The notes: generated from the letters alone by a model not told the origin. Positions 9,626 through 19,358 are shown, counted from the stretch's first letter. The stretch: DNA of 64,000 nucleotides from Thermoanaerobaculia bacterium (GCA_035576005.1 DATLXH010000026.1:4229-68228), one strand, 5' to 3'. A program made the numbers and translations.

Positions 9626-10582
9626 ATGCGGTCAAGGCGATTCAGATCGCGCAGGGTGCGACAAATTCGCGGAATATCGCTCCCGGTCGCACGTTCTATG
9701 ACCGGTCGCAGCTCGATGGATCCGATTCTCCTCAATCCCGACACAACCAAGCCGTTTTCGCCGCCTGTTCAACCACCGGTCCGGCGCAAGCTCTGGAAAG
9801 TCGTTTCCGCCTCACTTCTCGGTGCAGGGCTTCTCTTTCTCAAGCTGAAAACCGTCATCTTTCTGCTCTTCGCAAAGTTCAAGGTTCTGATGGTGAACCC
9901 GCTCGAAGGGTTCGGCGCCGCGCAGCTCGCGATTTCAGGCGGCTCGATGGTTGTCACCATCGGCGCGTATGCGTTCAAGATGGGGCTCCGCTTCGCCATC
10001 GGCTTCGTGCTGCTCACGGTCATCCACGAGCTCGGTCACGCACTGCTCATCCGCGCCAAGGGCTTGCGGGTGGATGCGATGGTCTTCATACCGTTCGTCG
10101 GCGGCGCGGTCACCCTCAAGGACCAGCCGACGTCCGCCTTCGACGACGCGCAGATCGGCCTAGCGGGTCCAATCGCGGGAACCCTGGCCTCTTTCGGCTG
10201 CCTGATGGTGTACCGGTGGGGCGGTGGCCCCTTATATCTCGCACTCGCATTCGCGGGGTTCCTGCTGAACGTATTCAACCTGCTCCCCATCGGGCCGCTC
10301 GACGGCGGGAGGATTGCTGGAGGGATCAGTAAGTGGATCTGGGTTCTCGGCGGCCTCGCTCTGTTCTACGTCATGGTTACGTGGAAGAGTCCGCTCCTGA
10401 TTCTCGTGCTCATCCTTGGGATGTTTCAGATCTACAAGGCGATCACGCGACCGGACCCCGGGTTTTACTCGATCACGGCCGCCCAGAGAACAATGATCGG
10501 ACTCACGTACTTTTCTCTCCTCATGTTCCTCGGGTATCAAACCGTCGTCACGCACAAAGAACTGCTCGCACTGGCGGCCTGA
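9626..10582 (+). CDS. Site-2-protease-like (M50 family) membrane metalloprotease
   Basis: HExxH within a TM helix (LLTVIHELGHALLIRAKG), multiple TM segments, LLPIGPLDGGRI second motif. Real start is probably an internal Met (the ORF would otherwise sit 45 bp from the divergent gene). Confidence 0.6.
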   Translation: MRSRRFRSRRVRQIRGISLPVARSMTGRSSMDPILLNPDTTKPFSPPVQPPVRRKLWKVVSASLLGAGLLFLKLKTVIFLLFAKFKVLMVNPLEGFGAAQLAISGGSMVVTIGAYAFKMGLRFAIGFVLLTVIHELGHALLIRAKGLRVDAMVFIPFVGGAVTLKDQPTSAFDDAQIGLAGPIAGTLASFGCLMVYRWGGGPLYLALAFAGFLLNVFNLLPIGPLDGGRIAGGISKWIWVLGGLALFYVMVTWKSPLLILVLILGMFQIYKAITRPDPGFYSITAAQRTMIGLTYFSLLMFLGYQTVVTHKELLALAA

Positions 10583-10628
10583 TTTCCTAAGGGTTGCACC
10601 TGCGCTGGTCGTGGTTTTCAGTCCGCGA

Positions 10629-10755
10629 AAGCTTTGGAGTGCGGCAGCCGCAGCTGCCGCTTTCCGGGTCATCCCGCGGATCAGATATCGGAGTCTCGAC
10701 TTGCCTCTCTCGTCGGACTCAAAAGCGGCAGCTGCGGCAGCCGCACTCCAAAGGG
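10629..10755. repeat. Nested palindromic hairpin repeat (family B) copy a: GCTTTGGAGTGCGGCAGCCGCAGCTGCCGCTTT ... AAAGCGGCAGCTGCGGCAGCCGCACTCCAAAG
   Basis: Two self-palindromic arms in inverted orientation around a ~57-bp spacer. Same structure at 19225-19358, 32885-32978 and 46511-46633. Confidence 0.7.
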
Positions 10756-10779
10756 CTCCGCTCCAGGCGAGGACTCCCG

Positions 10780-10812
10780 AAACCGGCCGGGATTGTTGCC
10801 TGACGCTTTTTG
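10780..10812 (+). promoter_or_regulatory. Candidate secA promoter (TTGCCT-N17-TAGGCT) with GAAGGAAG RBS before the ATG
   Basis: ttgcctgacgctttttgtttgataggct, about 50 bp upstream of the secA start. Sequence inspection only. Confidence 0.3.
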
Positions 10813-10858
10813 TTTGATAGGCTGATTCTCGTCGTGAACCCAGAAGGAAGCCGCTGAA

Positions 10859-13588
10859 ATGATGAATAAGGTTCTTACTTTGATTTTCGGCTCGAAGCAT
10901 GAGCGCGATGTCAAAAAGATGTTGCCGGTTGTGGCCGAGATCAACGCGCTCGAGCCTTCGATCGTCCCGCTCACGGATGAACAGCTGCGAGGCAAGACGC
11001 TCGAGTTTCGTGCCCGCCTTCGACCTGCCGTTGAGGCGATCGAGACCCTTCAGCGGGAGAGCCCCGCCGAGGAAGCAGAGATCAAACTTGCAAAAGAAGA
11101 GCTGAAGGCTCAGCTCGACGCACTCCTGCCAGAGGCGTTCGCTGTCTGTCGCGAGGCAGCGAAGAGAAGTGTCGGCATGCGGCATTTTGACGTCCAGTTG
11201 ATGGGAGGCATCGTCCTGCACAACGGCAGGATCGCAGAGATGAAAACCGGCGAGGGGAAGACCCTCATGGCGACCTTGCCGGTCTATCTGAATGCTCTGA
11301 CCGGACGCGGTATGCACGTGGTGACGGTGAACGATTACCTCGCGCGGCGGGACTCTGAGTGGATGGGTCGGGTCTACAAGTTTCTAGGTCTGAGCGTGGG
11401 AGTGATCCAGAACAATCACGGCGACCGCGAACGGCAGATCGCCTATGGCTCGGACGTCACGTACGGGACGAACAACGAGTTCGGATTCGACTACCTTCGC
11501 GACAACATGAAGTTCGACCTCGAGGCCATGGTGCAGCGAAGTCACGTGTACGCGATCGTCGACGAGGTCGACTCGATCCTGATTGATGAGGCGCGGACTC
11601 CACTCATCATCAGCGGCCCCTCTGAGGAGTCTGTCGACAAGTACTACTCGGTCGATCGAATCATTCCGCGTCTGGTCAAAGAGAAAGACTTTCAGATCGA
11701 CGAGAAGCAGCATACGGCTGTCCTGACTGAAGAGGGCGTGCTGCACGCCGAACAGCTGCTCGGGATCGAAAACCTTTACGACCCCGCGAACATGGACGTG
11801 CTCCATCACGTGAACCAGGCGTTGAAGGCACACACGCTGTACCGCGTGGACGTCGATTACGTGGTGACCGACGGCGAGGTGATCATCGTCGACGAATTCA
11901 CGGGAAGGCTGATGCCGGGCCGACGCTGGTCCGATGGACTGCATCAGGCAGTCGAAGCGAAGCAGGGGGTAAAGATCGAAGCAGAGAATCAGACGCTCGC
12001 CACGATCACGTTCCAGAACTACTTCCGCATGTACGAGAAACTCGGTGGTATGACCGGCACGGCCGACACAGAGGCCGCCGAGTTCGACAAGATCTACAGC
12101 CTCGAAGTCGTGGTGGTTCCTTCCAACAGGCCGATGGTCCGAGACGATCGTGCGGACCTCGTGTATCGCACGGAGACGGAAAAGTTCGCAGCGATCGTGG
12201 AAGAAATCAAAGAGCGACACAGTGAGGGGCAGCCGAGCCTTGTCGGTACCATCTCGATCGAAAAGTCCGAGCATCTTGGATCTCTGCTCAAGAAGCAGGG
12301 CATACCGCACGTCGTCCTGAACGCGAAGTACCACGAACGTGAGGCGGAGATCGTGGCGCAGGCTGGTCACAAAGGCGCCGTCACGATCGCGACGAACATG
12401 GCGGGGCGCGGCACAGACATCCTCCTCGGTGGCAACCCGGAGTATCTCGCGCTGCAGAAATCGAAAGGCGTCGAGGATCTTCTGGAGCGTAAGACGATCG
12501 AGGAAAAGATCAAGACGGCGTGGGATGAGGAGCATGCCGAGGTTGTCGATGCCGGCGGTCTGCACATCATCGGCACGGAAAGGCACGAGTCACGAAGAAT
12601 CGACAACCAGCTCAGAGGTCGTGCGGGAAGGCAGGGTGATCCTGGCTCGTCCCGTTTCTATCTTTCCCTCGAAGACGATCTCATGCGGATCTTCGGTTCC
12701 GATCGGATCTCCGGATTGATGCAGCGGCTTGGGATGGAAGAAGGAGTGCCGATCGAGCATGGAATGGTCAGCCGCGCCATCGAGCGTGCACAGAAACAGG
12801 TGGAGGGCCGGAACTTCGAGGCGCGGAAACATCTGCTCGAATATGACGACGTGATGAACAAGCAGCGGGCGTCGATCTACTCGCTGCGTCGCAACATCCT
12901 CGAGGGACGCGAGGGGCGTGAATACATTCTCAACGCCTCCGAAGATATCGTCGATTACCTCATCGAGACGCACCTGCCGCAGGATAATTCTTCCGAAGAG
13001 CCGAACCTGACTGAGTTCTGGGCCGAGATTTACGACTTCTTCGGGATCGATCCGAAATCTCTAACGTTCGACGCCGCGACGGCTGGTCGGGAGACCTTCA
13101 AATCCGAGCTCATTGACGCTTCCAGGAAGCGTTACGAAGAAAAAGAAGCGATGGTCGGCGCTGAGCTCATGCGCGTCCACGAGAAATATCTTCTCCTCCA
13201 GGTCATTGACGCTCAGTGGAAGGATCACTTGCTGGTTCTCGATCATCTGAAAGAAGGGATCGGCCTGCGCGGCTACGGTCAGAGGGATCCGCTCATTGAG
13301 TACAAGCGCGAGTCGTTCGATCTTTTCCAGTCGATGATGGAGCGAATCCAGGATCGCGTGGTCAAGTACCTCTGGAAGATCGAGGTGATGGTGGAGGGAC
13401 GCGAGGAGGCCGCACCTGCCCGTCTTCGCCGTGCGCCCGAGCCGCCGCGCCAGAACCTGATGTTTTCAGGAGCCCCGAAGGAGATGCAGGCCCCGATCAA
13501 GCGGCGCGAGGACAAGGTAGGACGAAACGATCCCTGTCCGTGCGGCTCGGGAAAAAAGTACAAAAAGTGCCATGGCACTGCCGCCTAG
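10859..13588 (+). CDS. secA: Preprotein translocase ATPase SecA, with C-terminal zinc-binding SEC-C motif
   Basis: [24 protein letters not shown]-like motor motifs, and [14 protein letters not shown] at the C-terminus. Confidence 0.95.
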   Translation: MMNKVLTLIFGSKHERDVKKMLPVVAEINALEPSIVPLTDEQLRGKTLEFRARLRPAVEAIETLQRESPAEEAEIKLAKEELKAQLDALLPEAFAVCREAAKRSVGMRHFDVQLMGGIVLHNGRIAEMKTGEGKTLMATLPVYLNALTGRGMHVVTVNDYLARRDSEWMGRVYKFLGLSVGVIQNNHGDRERQIAYGSDVTYGTNNEFGFDYLRDNMKFDLEAMVQRSHVYAIVDEVDSILIDEARTPLIISGPSEESVDKYYSVDRIIPRLVKEKDFQIDEKQHTAVLTEEGVLHAEQLLGIENLYDPANMDVLHHVNQALKAHTLYRVDVDYVVTDGEVIIVDEFTGRLMPGRRWSDGLHQAVEAKQGVKIEAENQTLATITFQNYFRMYEKLGGMTGTADTEAAEFDKIYSLEVVVVPSNRPMVRDDRADLVYRTETEKFAAIVEEIKERHSEGQPSLVGTISIEKSEHLGSLLKKQGIPHVVLNAKYHEREAEIVAQAGHKGAVTIATNMAGRGTDILLGGNPEYLALQKSKGVEDLLERKTIEEKIKTAWDEEHAEVVDAGGLHIIGTERHESRRIDNQLRGRAGRQGDPGSSRFYLSLEDDLMRIFGSDRISGLMQRLGMEEGVPIEHGMVSRAIERAQKQVEGRNFEARKHLLEYDDVMNKQRASIYSLRRNILEGREGREYILNASEDIVDYLIETHLPQDNSSEEPNLTEFWAEIYDFFGIDPKSLTFDAATAGRETFKSELIDASRKRYEEKEAMVGAELMRVHEKYLLLQVIDAQWKDHLLVLDHLKEGIGLRGYGQRDPLIEYKRESFDLFQSMMERIQDRVVKYLWKIEVMVEGREEAAPARLRRAPEPPRQNLMFSGAPKEMQAPIKRREDKVGRNDPCPCGSGKKYKKCHGTAA

Positions 13589-13628
13589 GATCGAGGTGGG
13601 GACCTCGTAGTCATCCTCGAGGCTCACG

Positions 13629-13735
13629 ATGGCACCAGTCCTGCCGCCCGGCCGGCGTAAGCGCGAGGCACCAGTCTGCGGCCCAGCCGCCGAAGGCGCG
13701 AGGCACCAGTCTGCAGCCCAGCCGCCGAAGGCGGC
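13629..13735. repeat. Three tandem ~35-bp repeats (GGCACCAGTCTGCGGCCCAGCCGCCGAAGGCGCG)
   Basis: Direct reading of 13629-13735. The 3' part (CCGCCGAAGGCGGCG) is the reverse complement of the GCCGCCTTCGGCGGC hairpin in the 81-bp units. Confidence 0.6.
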
Positions 13736-13935
13736 GAAAGATCCGTAGCACCCGGCTTCAGCCGGGTGAATGCGGCGGAGAAAATCGAACAGCCCGCGGT
13801 AGCGGGCGACAGAGTGGCGGGTGCGTGGATGCCCGTGACGCGGTTCTGCCGCCCGCTCACGCGGGCTGTCTGGCTTGGCCGCTCTTCACCCGGCTGAAGC
13901 CGGGTGCTACGAATCTTTCGCCGCCTTCGGCGGCG
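13721..13935. repeat. Large inverted arrangement: hairpin module (CACCCGGCTGAAGCCGGGTG + ATCTTTCGCCGCCTTCGGCGG) in reverse orientation at 13721-13768 and forward at 13886-13935, about 115-bp spacer
   Basis: ccgccgaaggcggcgaaagatccgtagcacccggcttcagccgggtg versus cacccggctgaagccgggtgctacgaatctttcgccgccttcggcgg. Confidence 0.6.
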
Positions 13936-14320
13936 AGAGTGTCCTGGCTCGGTCCCTCCTGGGGGAAGGTCGGACCCAGGTGTGGCGCCGCGAATCTTTC
14001 GCCGCCTTCGGCGGCGAGAGTGTCCTGGCTCGGTCCCTTCTGGGGGAAGGTCGGACCCAGGTGTGGCGCCGCGGATCTTTCGCCGCCTTCGGCGGCGGGA
14101 GTGTCCTGGCTCGGTCCCTTTCTGGGAGAGGGTCGGACCCAGGTGTGGCGCCGCGGATCTTTCGCCGCCCTACGGCGGCGGGAGTGTCCCGGGCTCGGTC
14201 CCTTTTGGGGAAGGTTGGACCCCAGGTATGGCGGCGCGGATCTTTCGCCCCCCCCTACGGCGACGGGAGCGTCCGGAAGTGCGTTCCGGGGGAGATCAGA
14301 CCCCAGGCTTTGCCGCGGCC
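13910..14320. repeat. Tandem array of about five ~81-bp repeats (CGAATCTTTCGCCGCCTTCGGCGGCGAGAGTGTCCTGGCTCGGTCCCTCCTGGGGGAAGGTCGGACCCAGGTGTGGCGCCG), decaying toward the 3' end
   Basis: Units start near 13910, 13991, 14072, 14153 and 14236. Non-coding: lies between convergent secA and dedA. The 81-bp period explains the open frames on both strands. Confidence 0.7.
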
Positions 14321-14997
14321 TCGCGTTTGGACTCTCTGCTCGCTCTCCACCATTCGATGACACCCGGCAGAATGGACAGGATGATCACCACGATGATCAC
14401 GATGTGAATGTGCTTTTCAGCCTCGGGGAAGAGTTTGATGAGCGAGTAGCCAATCATGGTCATGCTGAAGACCCAGGCGATTCCGCCCACGATGTTGAAC
14501 ATCGCGAAGCGCCTGTAGGGCATGTTCGCCACGCCCGCGATCACGGGCGCGAATGTGCGAATCACCGGTACGAAGCGCGCGATGATGATGGTCTTTCCGC
14601 CGTGCTTTTCGTAGAACTCCTGCGTCTTGAGCAGATGCTTCTTCTTGAAAAGAAGTGAGTCGTCACGCTTGAAGAGTGCCGGACCGAATCGCTTTCCGAT
14701 CAGGTAGCCGGTCGCGTCACCGAGGATCGCGCAGGTGATGAGCAGAAGATTCAGATAGACGATATTCAGGTCGCCTTTCGCCGCGAAGAGCCCTGCTGTG
14801 ACAAGGAGCGAGTCTCCCGGCAGGAAGAAGCCGATCATCAGACCGGTCTCGACGAAAACGATGATTGCAAGACCGACGTACCCGCCCCATTGAATGAGCC
14901 CCTGGACGTCAGTTAGGAAGTGGAACGTGTCGCGAAGCCAGTTCAAACGGAAACTCCTGTAGAGATCTGAGTGCTGTGGCGACGATGCGATAGGCAC
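14296..14997 (-). CDS. DedA/TVP38-family membrane protein
   Basis: GFFLPGDSLLVTAGLFAAKGDLNIVYLNLLLITCAILGDATGYLIGKRFG, the DedA signature. Confidence 0.8.
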   Translation of the reverse strand: MPIASSPQHSDLYRSFRLNWLRDTFHFLTDVQGLIQWGGYVGLAIIVFVETGLMIGFFLPGDSLLVTAGLFAAKGDLNIVYLNLLLITCAILGDATGYLIGKRFGPALFKRDDSLLFKKKHLLKTQEFYEKHGGKTIIIARFVPVIRTFAPVIAGVANMPYRRFAMFNIVGGIAWVFSMTMIGYSLIKLFPEAEKHIHIVIIVVIILSILPGVIEWWRASRESKREAAAKPGV

Positions 14998-15078
14998 GCC
15001 AACACAGTCCGCTGTGGCCGGTCATTCCGATGTCCGGCGCCTTCCCCACCCGCCGCCGGACATTGGAATTGGAATGTC

Positions 15079-15256
15079 CGGCCACTAGTGGAGGGTGTCG
15101 CAAATCCCCCGGCATTCCTCGGGGATGATGAATGGTCGGATGCGAGGCGGCGCGACGCAGGCAATGCGGACATTGTTGAGGAGCGCCAACGAAGCAGCCG
15201 GCCGTTCAGCGCCCCGAGGAATGCTGGGGATTTGCGACACCCTCCACTAGCAGAGC
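15079..15256. repeat. About 178-bp element bounded by perfect ~40-bp inverted repeats (CTAGTGGAGGGTGTCGCAAATCCCCGGCATTCCTCGGGG) with TA at both ends. A further imperfect IR lies immediately upstream (15035-15078).
   Basis: Arms at 15079-15117 and 15218-15256 are exact reverse complements. Sits in the divergent region between dedA and the halogenase-like gene. Confidence 0.6.
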
Positions 15257-15308
15257 GTGGAGCAGTTTGCACGCTACCGGAAGAGCCGTATCATCGCGAC
15301 TGTTCGAG

Positions 15309-16871
15309 ATGGCGATGACCCCTGAGCGCTATGACGTGATCATCCTCGGAGGAGCCTTCAGCGGCGCCTCCGCAGCGATTCTGCTCAGAAGGGAGTTGCC
15401 TGAGCTTCGCGTCCTGGTGGTCGAGAAGGCCACTGCATTCGACGCGAAGGTTGGAGAAGCGACAACGGAAATGTCGGCCATGTTCCTCACGCGCCGTCTC
15501 GCTTTGTGGCAGCACCTCGAGCGCGAGCATCTTCCCAAGGAAGGTTTGCGCTACTGGTTCCAGAACGAAAAGGTGACCTCGCACGAGAACGCGACGGAAG
15601 CCGGTGGTTTCCTGAGAAGCTCAGTACCAGCATTTCAGTTGCGGCGTGATGTGCTCGATGAGCATCTTCTCGCGACCGCAGTCGCCGAAGGGGCGGAGCT
15701 CATGCGCCCGGCACGGGTCAAAGAGGTCAACCTCGCCGACTTCGACAGCGAAGTGATCGTGGAGAGTGACGACGCAACCACCACGCTCCGAACCCGCTGG
15801 GTGCTCGATGCCACAGGACGGGTCACGTACCTCGGCAAGCGGCTTGGGATCATCGACCGCAACGATGATCATCCTACGGCGTCGATCTGGGGACGTTGGA
15901 CGGGAGTCCGCAATATTGACGACCTTGCGGCACGTAGTGGGGGAGGCCTGTCCGCGCGGAACATTGGCTCACGCCGTCTCGCGACGAATCACTATACCGG
16001 CTACGGCTACTGGATCTGGGTCATCCCCCTGGGCAATGGGGAAACGAGCATCGGGATTGTTTTCGATAAACGCCTCGTCGATCTTCATCAGAGTAAGGAC
16101 CGCGAAGCCGACTACATCGCTTTCATGCGGGCGATCCCGTCGCTGGCGCAACTGCTCGATGGGGCGACACTCCGCTCGGACGATTTCCGGTTCTACGGAC
16201 AGCTTGCCTACTCGGCGCGTCAGTACATGGGCAGAGGCTGGGCGCTCCTCGGCGACGCAGCGTCGTTCCTCGATCCCTACTATTCGCCGGGGCTCGACCA
16301 CGCCGCCTTTTCCGTCGAGGCGACACTGGGGATCATCAAAGCTGATCAGCAATCGCGTCCTCTTGATTCGCTGATTCGGGAACACAATGAAACGTTTGTC
16401 CGGTCGTACCATCGATTCTTCGAGGCCGCTTATCGGGACAAGTACTTTTACATGGGCGAGGCTGATCTGCTGGCGGCTTCGTTCATCCTCGATACCGCGC
16501 ATTACTACATCTTCCTTGTGGTTCCCGCGTACCGCTTCATGAAGAAATTTTTCTGGATGCCGGTTCTCGGCCCCAAGCCCGCATTTTTCAGCTATCACCT
16601 CATGAGTCTTTACAATCGCCGCTTCAAGCGAATCGCTCTGGCGCGACGCGAGCGAGGTGAGGGCGAGCGACGAAACGACGGCCGACGGTACAAGGCGTAC
16701 TTCAACCTGAACATGGCACCGTTCCAGATGGTGCTTCGCGGCTTGAAGATGTGGGCCGGCGCGGAAATCGACCTGCTACGCCTCGTATTGACGAAGAGGA
16801 AGAGCGGGGTCGCACAGCGGTTTGGCAGCGATGCGCCGGTTCCGGCGACGACGATCGAGCCCGGTCGCTGA
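15309..16871 (+). CDS. Flavin-dependent halogenase-like FAD oxidoreductase
   Basis: N-terminal dinucleotide fold YDVIILGGAFSGASAAILL. GYGYWIWVIPLGNGETSIG contains the WxWxIP motif characteristic of flavin-dependent halogenases. Start chosen at MAMTPERYDV; an in-frame Met exists at 15267. Confidence 0.6.
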   Translation: MAMTPERYDVIILGGAFSGASAAILLRRELPELRVLVVEKATAFDAKVGEATTEMSAMFLTRRLALWQHLEREHLPKEGLRYWFQNEKVTSHENATEAGGFLRSSVPAFQLRRDVLDEHLLATAVAEGAELMRPARVKEVNLADFDSEVIVESDDATTTLRTRWVLDATGRVTYLGKRLGIIDRNDDHPTASIWGRWTGVRNIDDLAARSGGGLSARNIGSRRLATNHYTGYGYWIWVIPLGNGETSIGIVFDKRLVDLHQSKDREADYIAFMRAIPSLAQLLDGATLRSDDFRFYGQLAYSARQYMGRGWALLGDAASFLDPYYSPGLDHAAFSVEATLGIIKADQQSRPLDSLIREHNETFVRSYHRFFEAAYRDKYFYMGEADLLAASFILDTAHYYIFLVVPAYRFMKKFFWMPVLGPKPAFFSYHLMSLYNRRFKRIALARRERGEGERRNDGRRYKAYFNLNMAPFQMVLRGLKMWAGAEIDLLRLVLTKRKSGVAQRFGSDAPVPATTIEPGR

Positions 16872-16949
16872 GTCAGTCGCGGCGAAGCGCATGTGTCGTG
16901 AACGCTGCCGTGCGTCGCGCCTTCCGGGAGACCACGGCACACGCAAAAC

Positions 16950-18338
16950 CTACCGAATTGAATCGAGCTCCGTTAGCGCTGCCTTCCTGACCTTCCCCCG
17001 CTCATCACGGGGGATCGAGTCGATGAGCTTGATGATTCTCGGCACTTTGTGGGACGAGAGTTTCTGTCTGCAGTGACCGCGGATCTGCTCGCGCGTAATG
17101 GCCGGATCCGCGACCACCGCGGCCGCGACGACCTCGCCCCTCGCCCCGGCAGGCTCGCCATAAACTTTTGCATCTCGCACTCCGTCCAGCTGCATCAGAA
17201 CGGCTTCTACCTCGCGCGGGTTCACCTTCTTTCCAGCTGTGTTGATCTGGCCGCCGACGCGTCCAACCAGCTGAACGGATCCATCACTGTGGAGGCTTGC
17301 GATATCGTCTGTGATGAAGCCGGCTGAGGAGAATCGTTCCTCCTCCCCCGGGGTGCCGCCAAAGTAGCCCCGGGCAACCGCGTCGCTCCTGACGACCATC
17401 CGGCCCGACTCCACATCGGTTGAGAGCTCGACTCCATCCATGGCTGAGCCGACCTCATTCCTCTCCGCGGCAGCGCCAGCACGGTCGTATGTAATGCCGC
17501 CGGTCTCACTACATCCATAAAAGGTATGAATCTCTTTGCCGAACCGTTCGCGGAAGCGGTGAGAAACTCTCGCCGTGAGGGGCGCTCCTGCCGAGATAAA
17601 GGTTCGCACCGTCTCGAACTGCCCGTCACTCGCGAGCGTCTGAGAGAGCAGGTCAAACATCAAAGGAATCCCCGGCAGGACCGTGCAGCTGAAGCGGTTG
17701 GAAAGCTCGATGAGAGAAATCGGAACGTAGTCGTTTGAGATTACGATCGACGTTCCCTGCAGCAGAAGGGGCGTCACCAGATTTGAAAACCCGTACGAGT
17801 GGGAGAAAGGAATGGCTCCCAGATTCCGATCGTCGGCACGAATCAGCATCGTGGAGGTGATGTTTCTGCAGTCGGCAATCAGGCAGCTTTCGGGGGTGAT
17901 GATCGCTCGCGGGTCACCCGTGGAGCCTGATGTCAGTTTCAGAACAGCCGTGCCCTCAGCGGCTCGCCGTGAAGCCGCCGGTTGAACAGATGTCACTTCG
18001 CGGGGAGATCCGCGGATGACTGCTTTGACTCCGAGTCGATCAATCACCTGGGCCACCTCGGAGGAGCGACTGTCCCGGTCGATGGGGAGCGCGACCGAAT
18101 GCAACCTCAATGTGGCGAGGATGGCCGCGACGAAATCCACGGAATTCGGGAGCTGGATCGCTACGACTGTGCCCTCCGCGACGCCTCTCGAGGATAAAGT
18201 TGAAGCGAGCTCGTCGGCCCTGTCTAGAAGCTGACGTCGTGAGGTCGAAAGGAAAGACGAGCCGTCGATCAATGCCGGGGCGCCGGGGTCTTCCTCTGCG
18301 AGTGCCACGAAGGTGGTGTAGATCGACTCGATCGTCAT
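16950..18338 (-). CDS. AMP-dependent synthetase/ligase (acyl-AMP / acyl-ACP ligase family)
   Basis: AMP-binding core LKLTSGSTGDPRA, YGCSETGG, and the C-terminal GKVRK lysine region. Confidence 0.8.
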   Translation of the reverse strand: MTIESIYTTFVALAEEDPGAPALIDGSSFLSTSRRQLLDRADELASTLSSRGVAEGTVVAIQLPNSVDFVAAILATLRLHSVALPIDRDSRSSEVAQVIDRLGVKAVIRGSPREVTSVQPAASRRAAEGTAVLKLTSGSTGDPRAIITPESCLIADCRNITSTMLIRADDRNLGAIPFSHSYGFSNLVTPLLLQGTSIVISNDYVPISLIELSNRFSCTVLPGIPLMFDLLSQTLASDGQFETVRTFISAGAPLTARVSHRFRERFGKEIHTFYGCSETGGITYDRAGAAAERNEVGSAMDGVELSTDVESGRMVVRSDAVARGYFGGTPGEEERFSSAGFITDDIASLHSDGSVQLVGRVGGQINTAGKKVNPREVEAVLMQLDGVRDAKVYGEPAGARGEVVAAAVVADPAITREQIRGHCRQKLSSHKVPRIIKLIDSIPRDERGKVRKAALTELDSIR

Positions 18339-18496
18339 CTTGGAGTGCTGATGTTACGACATGGACGTGGAACAGCTCCGCGGCCCGGGATCCCATCCAC
18401 GATTTTGTCTCAGTCTGTGGCTGGACCGTTACGGGACGCTCGCTCGATGGGCTAGACTGCGAGTCTCTATTCATCGCATTCCGTTGGAGGAAAAGA

Positions 18497-18778
18497 TTGT
18501 CTGACCGTGATCAGCTGAAGCAAAAGTTGAAGGAGTTACTGATCGATCGACTCAAGTTCGAGGATATGACAGCCGCGGACATCGGGGACGATGAGCCGCT
18601 GTTCGAAGGTGGCCTTGCTCTCGATTCGATCGACGCTCTCGAGATCGTGGTCATGCTCGAGAGTGAATTTGGAATCAAGGTCAAAAATGAGACGTCGGCA
18701 CGCGACTCCTTCAAATCCATTTCCTCTCTCGCTGATCTGGTAGACCGGAAGACGAAAGAAGCGCAGCTTCAGGGGTAA
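18497..18778 (+). CDS. Acyl carrier protein (TTG start, GGAGGAAAAG RBS)
   Basis: LDSIDALEIVVMLESEFG phosphopantetheine-attachment Ser motif. The six-frame ORF 18110..18778 is a read-through; true start set by RBS and length (93 aa). Confidence 0.75.
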   Translation: MSDRDQLKQKLKELLIDRLKFEDMTAADIGDDEPLFEGGLALDSIDALEIVVMLESEFGIKVKNETSARDSFKSISSLADLVDRKTKEAQLQG

Positions 18779-18783
18779 GACAA

Positions 18784-19173
18784 TTGTCTTCCTGGCTCTC
18801 GACGCTGCCACATCAGATCCCGTTCAGGGCGGCCTCGCGGGTCACCCGGATGGATGAGGTCTCCGTTGACGGAATCTATCTCTGCAGTTCCGCTGATGCC
18901 TTGACCGAGGGCGGGCCTGTCCCTGTGTGGATGGTGATAGAAGCGATGGCTCAGATAGCGGGAGGTCTCGCGTTCCGTGACCGTCCCGGCCATGGATACC
19001 TCTCGGCCATTGACGACGCCTCCATCGACGGGCCGCTGGAGAGTGGAGAGAGTCTCGAGCTGAAGGTCGAGATGGAGGCAAACTTCGGGGGGATTTTTCG
19101 CTTCAGGGGCCGTGCATTTCGAGCGGGCTCGGAGTGTGCGCGAGCGAAGTTTTATCTGGCCACGCCTCCGTAG
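18784..19173 (+). CDS. Hotdog-fold dehydratase (FabA/FabZ-like, ApeI/ApeP-like)
   Basis: 129 aa. VPVWMVIEAMAQIAGGLAF resembles the hotdog central-helix region of 3-hydroxyacyl-ACP dehydratases. Starts 6 bp after the ACP. Confidence 0.55.
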   Translation: MSSWLSTLPHQIPFRAASRVTRMDEVSVDGIYLCSSADALTEGGPVPVWMVIEAMAQIAGGLAFRDRPGHGYLSAIDDASIDGPLESGESLELKVEMEANFGGIFRFRGRAFRAGSECARAKFYLATPP

Positions 19174-19224
19174 AGTTCCACCTTCAGCGCTTGCGCCCGG
19201 TCAGAAGTGTTCAAACGCGAGGGC

Positions 19225-19358
19225 GAAGCTTTGGAGTGCGGCAGCCGCAGCTGCCGCTTTTGCTTCGAACTCGGTTGACATCGACGGCCAACGGAGATTT
19301 CATCCCGGGAGTGACACAGAAAGCGGCAGCTGCGGCTGCCGCACTCCAAAGGCTTCGC
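19225..19358. repeat. Family B nested palindromic repeat, copy b (GGCGAAGCTTTGGAGTGCGGCAGCCGCAGCTGCCGCTTT ... AAAGCGGCAGCTGCGGCTGCCGCACTCCAAAGGCTTCGCC)
   Basis: Located in the 283-bp gap between the dehydratase and KS genes, inside the biosynthetic locus. Confidence 0.7.

Noticed and set aside
9424-10332. 302-aa ORF overlapping the M50 protease gene in another frame, and many 60-180-aa antisense ORFs throughout (for example 1193..1672, 3941..4423, 6457..7050, 11384..12586, 24484..25314, 28934..29836, 59895..60830)
   Set aside because: - These are high-GC read-through frames overlapping well-supported conserved genes.
- They have Arg/Ala/Pro-rich composition and no motifs.
10611-10825. ORFs with WSAAAAAAAF / KAAAAAAALQ peptides (10611..10817, 19112..19402, 46315..46566, 46561..46836 and others)
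   Set aside because: These are translations of the GCGGCAGCCGCAGCTGCCGC palindrome arms of repeat family B, with a symmetric appearance on both strands.
13910-14320. Possible CRISPR array
   Set aside because: - The units are about 81 bp and directly abutting, with no unique spacers.
- Identity decays along the array.
- There are no cas genes.
- This is a tandem repeat, not CRISPR.
13540-14658. 372-aa ORF (and 160-170-aa ORFs on both strands) running through the 81-bp tandem-repeat array
   Set aside because: - The 81-bp period is a multiple of 3, which keeps all frames open.
- The ORF overlaps the secA 3' end and the convergent dedA gene.
- The repetitive low-complexity translation has no start context.
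- It is therefore treated as a non-coding tandem repeat.
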